This document shows positions 1 through 9,178 of a stretch of 64,000 bases of DNA, piece by piece; within the stretch, counting starts at the first letter, position 1; each line of letters begins with the position of its first letter. Below the pieces are notes generated by a model. The model was not told where the DNA came from and searched no databases. It worked only from the letters and a program-made list of their open reading frames with translations. Origin of the DNA: Alphaproteobacteria bacterium (GTDB lineage: Bacteria > Pseudomonadota > Alphaproteobacteria > UBA828); assembly GCA_965221125.1 (NCBI GenBank), contig CBDCRW010000003.1, forward strand, positions 1 to 64,000, written 5' to 3'. Both the position numbers and the translations under genes were made by a program.

Positions 1-3000
1 GCGGTCCTCGCCGCCCCGGCCGCCGCGCAGACGCCCAACGCCGACGGCTCCTACACGGTGTCCCAAGGCTGGCCGCTCAAGCCTTCGGGCCTCGAGGGCG
101 GTGACAAGTTTCGGTTGCTCTTCGTTACTTCCACGAGGCGCAACGCGCAGTCGAGCAACATCGACGATTACAACACTTTTGTGCAGGACAGGGCCGCGGC
201 CGGGCATACGGCCATCCGTCTCTACAGCGCGCAATTCAGGGTGCTCGGCTCGACCTCCACGGTCGATGCGCGCGACAACACCGAGACCACCGGAACGGGC
301 GTGCCGATCTACTGGATGGATGGGCAGAAAGCTGCGGACAACTACGCCGACTTCTATGACGGCACCTGGGACAGTGGCAGCCACTCGGTTAATGAAGACG
401 GGGCATTTAAAAGGGCGTTTGTGTGGACGGGCAGCAATGCAGATGGGACAAAATTCAACAATCAATATCTTGGCGCCGGTACGGTGAGACAGGGTTCCGT
501 GCTCTATGCTGCGCTTTCCCATGGTCAGTTTGCGTCCAACGCTACAAGATCCTTATATGCCCTCTCTCCGGTGTTCCAGGTGGAGCCACCCCCCGCCGAG
601 CTGTCCCTGATCTGGACGGAGACCATTCCGGCACCGCCCGACCCTAACCCGAACCTATCGACGGGCCGTCCTGTTGCGAAGCAGGTCAAGGAGGGCGATT
701 CGGGCACGAGGGACGTGCATTTCTACGTCCGCACCGAGCGTCTGCATTCATCGAAGCTGCCGTTCCGTGTGTGCGTGTCGGGCAACGCCACGCAGTCCAC
801 CACGAACAGCCCGCGGCCGGAAGACGGGGACGACTACCAGCTGGTGGTGGACAATGCGGTGCAGGGCCGGTGCGTCGACACGTCGATCCCGGCCAATACG
901 CGCTACAAGCGGATGACGATCCGGGTTCTCAACGACGACCGTCTGGAGGACCGGTTCCGGGACACGGAGCAGGTGCTCCTGACCCTGTCGCAGGCTCCGG
1001 GCAGTCCGCTTCCCTCGCCGTACAGGATCGTCTCCCGGGAAAGCGGGTACTGGAAGCTGCAGCTGAACATCGTCGACGACGACTTCGGTCAGCAGCCGGT
1101 CCAGTTTTCTCCCGCCGAGTACGAGATCGTCCACGCGAAGTCGGTGGTCGGCCGCGCGCAGACAAGGCGCGTGAAGGAGGCGCACCGCGGCGGGCGCGTC
1201 GGGCTCATGTTCACGAAGGGGCCGGACTACACCCCCTACACCGTGACCTACAGGGTGGTGCATGCCGAGAGCACGGCGACCTACGGCGCCGACTACACGC
1301 TGGTCGGCTACAACCGGAACACCGACCGGGGCACGATCCGGGTGCCGCGGCCGAGTGAGCGGCAGGGCGGCGCCGCCCTCCGGGTGAACGTCGTCGACGA
1401 CCGCCGGGTCGAGGGCGAGGAGCAGTTCGTCATCGAGATGGTGAGTGTCTCGAGCCCGTTATGGGTGAACAAGGAGAACGACCGCCACAAGCTCTCCATT
1501 AAGGTCGACGACAACAGCCCGCGGAGCGAGCTGAATTTCGACTGGCTGGAGCGGACCGTGCAGGAAGGCCACGGGGCCGACACCCATGACGTCCGGGTGT
1601 CGCTGCGGCCGCAGCGCGGGTCGAACAGCGATCCCCGGCTGCCCGAGGACACCCACTTCGAGTATTGCGTGGAGAGTTCCGCCACGCTGGGGACGGAGTA
1701 TCAGAGACTCTACCGTCCCGCCACGCCGGGTTCGGACTACGAGATAACCAACCGTGCCGGCGACTTCGTCGACCGGACCGGGGGGACGGAGTGCTGGCTC
1801 GCCACCATCCCGGCGGGCCAGACGACGCTGCGCCTGATGACGCTCCGGGTTCTTTCCGACAAGGACATGCGGGAGCGGCCCGAGCGGGTGACGGTTCGCC
1901 TGAAGCCGAGCACGGTGTCGGCCAAGCCGACCTCGGGCTTCATGGGCATCGTGCCCATCCCGCCCAGGGGCCAGGCCCAGCCGCCCTACACGTCCTCGAT
2001 GCTGATCATCAAGGACGACTTCCCCTTTGTGCGGGTCGAGCTGTCCGGCATCGACGGGTCGGGAAGGCTGCTTTACGACGTGCGGGTCACGAGCGGCTGG
2101 ACGGTGGGCTACCCGAGGATTCACTGGGTGGTGGAGGACGACAGCAGCGGCACGATCGGGAGCGGCTCGTTCTCGTTCCAGAGGGGGCAATACCGCCCTT
2201 CCAGGACGGTGCGCTTCAAGCCTCCGCTCTATGATGCGTCGCATAACGGCTATATGATTTTCAGGCTGACGGACGGCGAGTACCGGCTGGCGGATCCCTC
2301 GCACGGAACCGTCTGCTTGCCGCTCGGCTTCCACGGTTCGTGTCCCCAGCTCCAGACGCCGGGCAGCAGCGACGACGCTGTCGAGGTCCCGGACACGCCG
2401 GTCGCCAACGTCCAGGTGACGGCGGTCGACGCCGCCAGCGCGACGGTGACGTGGGACGCGGTGGAGCACGCAACGTCCTACCGGGTGGAGTACGAGTCGA
2501 CCGGCACCCTGGCGTATCAGGGGAACTACGTTCAGGGCGCCTCGAACGGCCACACCGGCACGAGCTGGACGTTCACCCACAATGCCGCCGAGGCCATGAC
2601 GCTCACTGTGACCGTGACGCCGGAGGTCCGGGAGGACGGCAATGTGCAGCTGTTCGACGACCTCGCGGGGACGGCGACCATCGACGTGGCGCCCGCCGGG
2701 ACGCAGGACACCGTTCAGGCGCACGGCTGCGATCTGACATCGGTCAAGGCGGACGTGAACCGCTATATCGGGGAGACGCAGTACGGTAATGCGCACGTGG
2801 CGCGCTGGAAGCAGGCACTGGCCGGGCTGAACGAAGAGACCGGCGGCATGACGGCGGCGCAGGCGCGGCAGATGATGGCGACGTATTCGCCGGGCCGCTG
2901 GCAGCCGGTGGTGGACGCGCTCGACTGCCTGGAGGAAGCTGCCGCGGCGCAGCCGGAGACGCCGGCGGCGGTTCCCGAGGTTACGGTCTCGGGCGGCAGC

Positions 3001-5979
3001 GGGGTGACGGAGGGTGCCTCGGCGTCCTTCACCGTCACGGCGACACCCGCGCCTGCCGCACCGCTCGCGGTGACGCTGACGGTGGGCCAGAGCGGGGATT
3101 ACGCCGCATCGGGCGAGACCGGCACGCGGCAGGTCACCATCCCGACCGGGGGCAGCGTGGCGATAGAGGTCGCGACGGCGGACGACGCCGTGGACGAGCC
3201 GGACGGCTCGGTGAGCGCGACGGTCGAGGCCGACACGGGCTACACGGTCGGCGGCGCCGGCACAGCCTCGGTGGCCGTGGCCGACGATGACGACCCGGTT
3301 CCGGACCCCGTGACGCCCGAGCTCCGGCTCTCGGCCGGGAGCCCCGTGGACGAGGGCGGCAACGCGGTCTTCACCGTCCATGCCGACCCGGCGCCGGCGG
3401 CGGAGCTCACGGTCGCCTTCACCGTCGCCCAGACCGGCGACATGCTGAGCGCGCCCGGCGCGGGCAGCCGGCAGCTGACGCTGGCGGCGGGCGCGACAAG
3501 CGCGACGCTCGCCCTTGCCACGGCGGACGACGGCGTGGACGAGCCGGACGGCTCGGTGAGCGTCACGCTCGATGCGGGCGCGGGCTACACGGTGGCGGCG
3601 GGCCAGGCGGCCGGCGCGGTCGTGGTGCGCGACAATGACGAGCCGGTCATAAGCATCGCCGGTGGAGCCGGCGTGACGGAGGGAGCCCCGGCCTCGTTCA
3701 CCCTCACGGCGAACCCGGTGCCGCACGCGGCGCTGACGGTGAGCCTCGCGGTGATCCAGAGCGGGGACTACGCGGCTTCGGGCCAGACCGGCACGCGGCA
3801 GGTCACGATCCCGACCGGGGGCAGCGCGTCCTTCGAGGTCGCGACGGAGAACGACACGGCGGACGAGCCCGACGGCTCGGTCACGGCGACCCTCACGGCC
3901 GGCAGCGGCTACGCGGTGGCGGCGTCGCCCAATGACGCGGCCTCTGTTTCGGTCGCGGACGACGACGTGGCGGCGGCGGGCGTGCCGACGCTCTCGGTGA
4001 ACGACGTCGAGGTGAAGGAGGGTCCGTACCGGCGGGTCGAGTTCACGGTGACGCTCAGCAAGGCGTTGGAGAAGGGCGCCTGGTTCTACTACCGGGTGCG
4101 GGAGTCGAGCCCGGTGTCGGCGAAGCGGGGCGTGGACTTTTCGGCCTCTGCCGGAAAGAAATTTGCGTCCATGAGGCCGGGCGCGACCGAGCACCGGATC
4201 ATGGCGGCCCTGGTGATCGACGACAGCCACGACGAGGATCCGGAGACCTTCGAGATCGTGCTTTCGGACGCGCACGGCGCGGCGATCGCCGACGGGGTGG
4301 GCGTGGCGACGATCGTCAACGACGACCCGATGCCGGCGGCGTGGCTCGCGCGGTTCGGTCGCACGGTGGCGGAGCAGGCGCTCGACGGCATTGCGGGCCG
4401 CATCGCGGCGCCGCGCGAAGCCGGTGCCCAGGGGACGATCGCAGGCCAGTCCCTGAGCTTCGGAACGGGCTCGGGGGCTGACGGCGCGGCCAACGGGTTC
4501 GGGGCGAGGTCCTTCGGATCGTTGTCCGGGGCGGCGAACGACAATGCCGCCCTTGGCGGCGCCGGTCTCTCCGGCAGTGGCCTCGGCTCGCAATCCGGGA
4601 CGGGCCTGCTTCTGGTATTGTCCGAGTTCGGCACGCACGTCGAGGACCCCGGATCGGGTCCGGCTTTCGGCGGCGGCCATGGGCTGGACGATGCCTACGG
4701 GCCGGGCGAATCCCGCACCGTGACGTCGCACGAGCTGCTGCTGGGCTCGAGCTTCACCGCGACGGGGGAGCAGGACGGCAGCGGCGGCAGCCTTGCCTTC
4801 TGGGGCCGTGCGGCGCAGTCGAGCTTCGACGGCCGCGAGGGCACGTTCTCGCTCGACGGCGAGACGACCACCGCCATGCTGGGCGCGGACTACGCGCGCG
4901 GCAACTGGCTGGCCGGGCTCGCGCTGATGCAGAGCAGCGGCGAGGGCGGCTACAACGATAGCGGCATCGGTCCGCAGCACTGTCCCGACGACATGGACCC
5001 CGGCATGATGGAGTACCTGTGCGGCGGCGCGGTGCAGGAGGGCGACGGCGACGTTGAGGCGTCGCTGACGGCGGCGGTTCCCTATGCGGCCATCCAGGCC
5101 TCGGAGCATCTCAAGCTCTGGGGCTCGCTGGGCTACGGCACGGGCGAGGTGACGCTGAAGCCCGCCATGGGCGGCTCTCTCAGCTCCGATATCTCCTGGA
5201 CGATGGCGGCGGCAGGCGCGCGCAGCGACCTTGTGACGCTGTCCAAGGAGGGGAGCGGCCTTGCGCTGGCGCTGACGTCGGACGCCTTGTGGGCGCGGAC
5301 GAGCTCGGAGAAGACGCACGAGCTTGCGGCGTCGGACTCCGACGTGACGCGGCTCCGGGTCGGCCTGGAGGGCAGCTACGCCATCGCCACGGAGGGCGAT
5401 GGCCATCTCACGCCCAGGCTCGAGATCGGCGCGCGCCATGACGGCGGCGACGCCGAGACCGGCTTCGGTGTGGAGCTCGGCGGCGGCATCGCCTGGGTCG
5501 ATCCCGCGATGGGGCTCAGCCTCGATCTCTCGGGCCGCACGTTGATCGCGCACGGTGACGACGACCTGGAAGACGAGGGCTTCGCGGCCTCGATGGTCTT
5601 CGACCCCGATCCGGACACCGAGCGCGGTCTGTCGCTCACGCTGCGCCAGGACTGGGGCGGTTCGGCACAGGGCGGTCTCGACGCGCTGTTCGCGACCGAC
5701 CCGCTGTCGGACCGTGCGGGCACGGCCGAGGCGACCAGCCGCTGGCAGGCGGAGGCGGCGTACGGCCTCCCGGCCTTCGGCGGGGCCTTCACCGGCAGTC
5801 CGCATGTCGGGCTGGGGCTTGCCACGGGCTCGCGCGACTACACGCTCGGCTGGCGGCTGTCGCCCGCGGCCAATGCCAACGCGCCCGATGTCTCCTTCGG
5901 GGTAAAGGCGACGCGTCATGAGAGCGACGGGGCGGAGCCTGTGCATACCACCGGGCTGGAGGGCGTTCTCCGATGGTAG
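1..5979 (+). CDS. Large autotransporter/adhesin (5'-partial): N-terminal lectin/endostatin-like domain, Calx-beta repeats, FN3-like domain, C-terminal beta-barrel
   Basis: Frame is open from base 1 (AVLAAPAAAQ resembles a signal-peptide end). Repeated DD-x-x-x-E-x-D Calx-beta motifs, VTWDAV..ATSYRVEY FN3 motif, AWLARFGRTVAEQ linker, amphipathic barrel ending in W. Confidence 0.85.
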   Translation, partial: AVLAAPAAAQTPNADGSYTVSQGWPLKPSGLEGGDKFRLLFVTSTRRNAQSSNIDDYNTFVQDRAAAGHTAIRLYSAQFRVLGSTSTVDARDNTETTGTGVPIYWMDGQKAADNYADFYDGTWDSGSHSVNEDGAFKRAFVWTGSNADGTKFNNQYLGAGTVRQGSVLYAALSHGQFASNATRSLYALSPVFQVEPPPAELSLIWTETIPAPPDPNPNLSTGRPVAKQVKEGDSGTRDVHFYVRTERLHSSKLPFRVCVSGNATQSTTNSPRPEDGDDYQLVVDNAVQGRCVDTSIPANTRYKRMTIRVLNDDRLEDRFRDTEQVLLTLSQAPGSPLPSPYRIVSRESGYWKLQLNIVDDDFGQQPVQFSPAEYEIVHAKSVVGRAQTRRVKEAHRGGRVGLMFTKGPDYTPYTVTYRVVHAESTATYGADYTLVGYNRNTDRGTIRVPRPSERQGGAALRVNVVDDRRVEGEEQFVIEMVSVSSPLWVNKENDRHKLSIKVDDNSPRSELNFDWLERTVQEGHGADTHDVRVSLRPQRGSNSDPRLPEDTHFEYCVESSATLGTEYQRLYRPATPGSDYEITNRAGDFVDRTGGTECWLATIPAGQTTLRLMTLRVLSDKDMRERPERVTVRLKPSTVSAKPTSGFMGIVPIPPRGQAQPPYTSSMLIIKDDFPFVRVELSGIDGSGRLLYDVRVTSGWTVGYPRIHWVVEDDSSGTIGSGSFSFQRGQYRPSRTVRFKPPLYDASHNGYMIFRLTDGEYRLADPSHGTVCLPLGFHGSCPQLQTPGSSDDAVEVPDTPVANVQVTAVDAASATVTWDAVEHATSYRVEYESTGTLAYQGNYVQGASNGHTGTSWTFTHNAAEAMTLTVTVTPEVREDGNVQLFDDLAGTATIDVAPAGTQDTVQAHGCDLTSVKADVNRYIGETQYGNAHVARWKQALAGLNEETGGMTAAQARQMMATYSPGRWQPVVDALDCLEEAAAAQPETPAAVPEVTVSGGSGVTEGASASFTVTATPAPAAPLAVTLTVGQSGDYAASGETGTRQVTIPTGGSVAIEVATADDAVDEPDGSVSATVEADTGYTVGGAGTASVAVADDDDPVPDPVTPELRLSAGSPVDEGGNAVFTVHADPAPAAELTVAFTVAQTGDMLSAPGAGSRQLTLAAGATSATLALATADDGVDEPDGSVSVTLDAGAGYTVAAGQAAGAVVVRDNDEPVISIAGGAGVTEGAPASFTLTANPVPHAALTVSLAVIQSGDYAASGQTGTRQVTIPTGGSASFEVATENDTADEPDGSVTATLTAGSGYAVAASPNDAASVSVADDDVAAAGVPTLSVNDVEVKEGPYRRVEFTVTLSKALEKGAWFYYRVRESSPVSAKRGVDFSASAGKKFASMRPGATEHRIMAALVIDDSHDEDPETFEIVLSDAHGAAIADGVGVATIVNDDPMPAAWLARFGRTVAEQALDGIAGRIAAPREAGAQGTIAGQSLSFGTGSGADGAANGFGARSFGSLSGAANDNAALGGAGLSGSGLGSQSGTGLLLVLSEFGTHVEDPGSGPAFGGGHGLDDAYGPGESRTVTSHELLLGSSFTATGEQDGSGGSLAFWGRAAQSSFDGREGTFSLDGETTTAMLGADYARGNWLAGLALMQSSGEGGYNDSGIGPQHCPDDMDPGMMEYLCGGAVQEGDGDVEASLTAAVPYAAIQASEHLKLWGSLGYGTGEVTLKPAMGGSLSSDISWTMAAAGARSDLVTLSKEGSGLALALTSDALWARTSSEKTHELAASDSDVTRLRVGLEGSYAIATEGDGHLTPRLEIGARHDGGDAETGFGVELGGGIAWVDPAMGLSLDLSGRTLIAHGDDDLEDEGFAASMVFDPDPDTERGLSLTLRQDWGGSAQGGLDALFATDPLSDRAGTAEATSRWQAEAAYGLPAFGGAFTGSPHVGLGLATGSRDYTLGWRLSPAANANAPDVSFGVKATRHESDGAEPVHTTGLEGVLRW
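2974..3970 (+). repeat. Three tandem ~110-aa Calx-beta-like repeats within the adhesin
   Basis: Near-identical DNA at 3087 and 3756 (ccagagcgggga..ggcacgcggcaggtcac..atcccgaccgggggcagc); gacgagcc.gacggctcggt recurs at ~3193, ~3538 and ~3862. Confidence 0.8.
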
Positions 5980-6054
5980 GGACGGTACGCCGGGATAGTT
6001 CCTGTGAGCGGCGGCCTCGCGGCCTTCGGCGCGGTCACCGCGTGGCGCACCCGC

Positions 6055-6255
6055 AAGCGGCACCCCGACTACCGCGAGCAGTGGCTGGCGGCGGCGGGGC
6101 GCACGGGACGCGCTGAGGGCGGGCCCGTCCCGGTTCGCACCCAGACCGAGGCCGACCTCGAGGCTGTGTCCTGGGGCCTGCTCGCTTGGGAGGACCCCTT
6201 CGTGGACGACGGCCCGGCCTCGACCCCTTCCGGGCAGACGCCACGATACCCTGCC
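6055..6255 (+). pseudogene. Remnant of a DUF6499/DUF2285 (FseA-like) ICE-type regulator
   Basis: KRHPDYREQW...VRTQTEADLEAVSWGLLAWEDP resembles the RRNPxYR..WGL..EDP pattern; no proper start; apparent frameshift near 6223. Confidence 0.5.
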
Positions 6256-6293
6256 GGGCGCCGGGCTCGGATAGCGTCATCCGGCTGTGGCCG

Positions 6294-6368
6294 TTACAGG
6301 TCCATCAAGGTGGCGATCTCCTCGCCGACCCTTTCTGCGGCGGCCTCGATGTCGCGGTCTCCGAGGTG
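6294..6368 (-). pseudogene. Detached 3' end of tyrosine integrase 2 (HLGDRDIEAAAERVGEEIATLMDL*)
   Basis: Removing the IS21 and one AGGTG copy rejoins ..LRYAHL in frame to GDRDIEAAAERVG..TAA, a typical integrase C-terminal helix. Confidence 0.9.
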
Positions 6369-6462
6369 TGCCGAATCTCACGAAAGTAGCCACCCAATCT
6401 CAGGCAAAGTAGCCACCGAATCTCATCGAAAGTAGCCACCCAGTCTCACCAAAGTAGCCACC
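6369..6462 (+). repeat. IS21 left end, four ~22-bp transposase-binding repeats
   Basis: Four copies of A(A/G)TCTCA-N2-3-AAAGTAGCCACC. Confidence 0.9.
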
Positions 6463-6544
6463 CCCTCGGGGCGGCGGCTTTTGGAGCGACTCAGAGCGCC
6501 GTCCTACCCGTCGGATTTCGCGATTCATCCGAGGGGGGGCTGGG

Positions 6545-8080
6545 ATGGCACGGGGAAGGCTGCCGATGAGAAAGGTGAAGAAGGTTCTTGGGTTCCATTT
6601 CGAGGAGGGACGTAGCGCCCGCGCGATCGCAACCCACTGCGGTATGGCGCGTCGCTCGGTGGCGTCGGTCTTGGAGCGCTTCGCGGCATCTGGTCTGAGT
6701 TGGCCGGAAGCCGGCGACATGGCCGACGAGGCGCTGGAGGCGACACTGTTTCCGGCGCCCACGCAAGCCGCGCCGCAGCAGCAGGAGGTGGACTGGGCGA
6801 AGGTCGAGACGGACCTGTCCGAGCCGGGCGTGACCCTGAAACTACTGTGGGAGGAATGGCGCGAGACCCATCCCGGCGGCATGAGCTATCCGACCTGGTG
6901 CCGCCGCTTCCGCGAGTGGCGGCCGCGCCGGGACGCGACGATGCGCCAGAACCGCCGTCCCGGCGAGAGGCTGTTCGTCGATTACGCCGGCATGACGATC
7001 CCGATCATGATCGACGGGGGCGAGCACGAGGCGCAGGTGTTCGTGGCCTCGATGGGCGTCTCGGGGCGGCTCTACGCCGAGGCGACGCTCAGCCAGAAGA
7101 TCGAGGACTGGTGCGCCTCGCACGTGCGCTGCTTCGAGGATATGGGCTGCGTGCCGCAGGTCGTGGTGCCCGACAACATCAAGCCGGCGGTGATCAAGCC
7201 CTCGCGCTACGAGCCGGTCCTCAACGAGACCTACGCCGATCTGCTCGACCACTATGACGTTCGGGGCTTCCCGGCGCGCGTGAAGAAGCCGCGCGACAAG
7301 GCCCTGGTCGAGAACGGCGTGCTCCAGGGCGAGCGCTGGATCCTGGCGCCCCTGCGCAAGCGCGTCTTCCATGACCTGGCGTCGGCAAACCGGGAGATCG
7401 GCGAGCAGGTCAGGAAGATCAACAGCCGGCCCTATGCCGACGGCACCGGCGAGAACCGCTACGGCCGCTTCGAGAGCGTCGACCTCCCCCACATGAAGCC
7501 GCTGCCGAAGCGGCGGTGGCAACGCACGGTATGGCGCAAGAACACGGTCCACCGCGATTATCACATCGCCATCGATTACCACTTCTACTCGGTGCCTCAC
7601 GAGCTCATCGGCAAGGAGGTCGACGTCCGCCTGCGCGACAACCTGATCGATGTCTTCGTTCGGGGCCGGCACGTCGCCAGCCATATCCGCAGCTCAGCCA
7701 GGGGCCGCGCCACCACCGTCGAAGAGCACAAACCGAAGGCGCACCAACGCGCCGGCGTCGAGGCCACCCGCGCCCACCTGGAGAAGAGCGCGCGCGATAT
7801 CGGGCCCCATGTCCACGCCTACGTCGTCGTGCTCATGAAGCGGCAGAACAATCCGGAGTTCGGCTTCCGTGCCTGCTACGGCGTCCTCCGGCTGGCCAAA
7901 AGCTACGAGCAGGACCGCTTCGACGGCGCCTGCCGCTACGCGCTCGAGCTCGGCACGCGGAGCTACCGCGGGCTCGAGAACATCCTGCGCACCGGCGCCG
8001 ACCGCGTCGACGCCGAGCAGGAACCCGACACCATGCCCATCGATCATTCCAACATCAGAGGACCGGAGGCCTACCGATGA
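6545..8080 (+). CDS. istA: IS21 transposase IstA
   Basis: N-terminal HTH, DDE motifs FVDYAG / VPDNIK / KALVENGV, C-terminal HSNIRGPEAY. Confidence 0.96.
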   Translation: MARGRLPMRKVKKVLGFHFEEGRSARAIATHCGMARRSVASVLERFAASGLSWPEAGDMADEALEATLFPAPTQAAPQQQEVDWAKVETDLSEPGVTLKLLWEEWRETHPGGMSYPTWCRRFREWRPRRDATMRQNRRPGERLFVDYAGMTIPIMIDGGEHEAQVFVASMGVSGRLYAEATLSQKIEDWCASHVRCFEDMGCVPQVVVPDNIKPAVIKPSRYEPVLNETYADLLDHYDVRGFPARVKKPRDKALVENGVLQGERWILAPLRKRVFHDLASANREIGEQVRKINSRPYADGTGENRYGRFESVDLPHMKPLPKRRWQRTVWRKNTVHRDYHIAIDYHFYSVPHELIGKEVDVRLRDNLIDVFVRGRHVASHIRSSARGRATTVEEHKPKAHQRAGVEATRAHLEKSARDIGPHVHAYVVVLMKRQNNPEFGFRACYGVLRLAKSYEQDRFDGACRYALELGTRSYRGLENILRTGADRVDAEQEPDTMPIDHSNIRGPEAYR

Positions 8081-8838
8081 CCGAAAACCCCGTCTCCCAC
8101 CCGCTGGCCGAGCGCATCGCCTCGCTGCGCCTGCCAGGCATGCACGCCGCCTTCCTCGAGCAGGTGGCGCGCAACGATCTCGGCGACATGCCCTTCGAGG
8201 ATCGGCTCGCGCTGCTGATCGACCGCGAGATCGCAGAGCGCCGTTCCAGGGCCCTGCAGCGGCGCCTCAAGAGGGCACAGCTGCGCCATCAGGACGCCTG
8301 CTTCGAGGATATCAACCTGAGCCGCCCGCGCGGCCTCGACCGCAGCCTCGTGCTCGGCCTCGCAGACTGCGCCTGGGTCCGCAACGGCGCCAACATCCTG
8401 GTCACGGGTCCGTGCGGCACGGGCAAGAGTTGGATCTCGTGCGCCCTCGGCCACAAGGCGTGCCTCGAGGGTCACATCGCCCAGTACCACCGCGTGCCCA
8501 GGCTACTCACCGAGCTGCGCATCGCCCATGGCGAGGGCACGATCCCGAAGCTCTACCGCGATCTCGCCCGCATCGCGGTGCTGATCCTTGACGATTGGGG
8601 CATCGCGCCCATCGATGCGGCTCGCGCGCGCGATCTCCTCGAAATCCTCGACGACCGCTTCGGCCGGCGCTCGGTGATCGTCACCAGCCAGTTGCCCGTG
8701 GCCGACTGGCACCGCCAGCTCAACGACCCCACCGTCGCTGACGCCATCCTCGACCGCCTCGTCCACGGCGCCATCCGCATCGAGCTGCACGGCACGTCCA
8801 TGCGCATCGACGACGCTGCCGCCGGAACAAAGGCATGA
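8077..8838 (+). CDS. istB: IS21 helper AAA+ ATPase IstB
   Basis: ATGA overlap with istA; Walker A GPCGTGKS, Walker B LILDDWG, ADAILDRLVH. Confidence 0.96.
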   Translation: MTENPVSHPLAERIASLRLPGMHAAFLEQVARNDLGDMPFEDRLALLIDREIAERRSRALQRRLKRAQLRHQDACFEDINLSRPRGLDRSLVLGLADCAWVRNGANILVTGPCGTGKSWISCALGHKACLEGHIAQYHRVPRLLTELRIAHGEGTIPKLYRDLARIAVLILDDWGIAPIDAARARDLLEILDDRFGRRSVIVTSQLPVADWHRQLNDPTVADAILDRLVHGAIRIELHGTSMRIDDAAAGTKA

Positions 8839-9084
8839 GCGCGACTACAGAGCGCCGCGCTGCGCGCGGCGCGAACGTCGCTCCGCTCCGGGGCGTCGGA
8901 GAGGCGGGGCCGGTGGTGCCAGGCATGGTGCGCGCGCGCCGCCAGACTCGTGAGGGGTCTCACGCGTCGCGCGCGCACCATGCTCCACCGCCTTGCCACT
9001 GTGCCTTCGGCGGTGGTACCGATCACGGAGAACTCGCGGAAGGAGAACCGCTGACAACAACGTAACCGCGTCGCTTCGCTCCGG

Positions 9085-9178
9085 GGTGGCTACTTTGCTG
9101 AGATTGAGTGGCTACTTTGGATGAGATTCGCCGGCTACTTCGGGTGAGATTCACCGGCTACATTGGTGAGACTGGGCA
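9085..9178 (-). repeat. IS21 right end, four inverted copies of the terminal repeat
   Basis: GGCTAC(T/A)TT..TGAGA repeated four times, inverted relative to the left end. Confidence 0.9.

Larger units (their letters stand above)
6369..9178 (+). mobile_element. Complete IS21-family insertion sequence
   Basis: TG..CA ends; IRL TGCCGAATCTCACGAAAGTAGCC versus IRR (rc) TGCCCAGTCTCACCAATGTAGCC; 5-bp duplication AGGTG at 6364-6368 and 9179-9183; istA-istB inside. Confidence 0.97.

Noticed and set aside
1459-6063. 1534-aa antisense ORF and many other long shadow ORFs
   Set aside because: Arg/Ala/Pro-rich translations opposite well-supported genes, as expected at this GC content.
6004-6435. 143-aa ORF as a real gene
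   Set aside because: Chimera of a regulator remnant, the antisense integrase tail and the IS end.
6369-6462. Short regularly spaced repeats resembling a mini CRISPR or iterons
   Set aside because: No unique spacers, mirrored at 9085-9178, and they bound istAB: these are IS21 terminal repeats.
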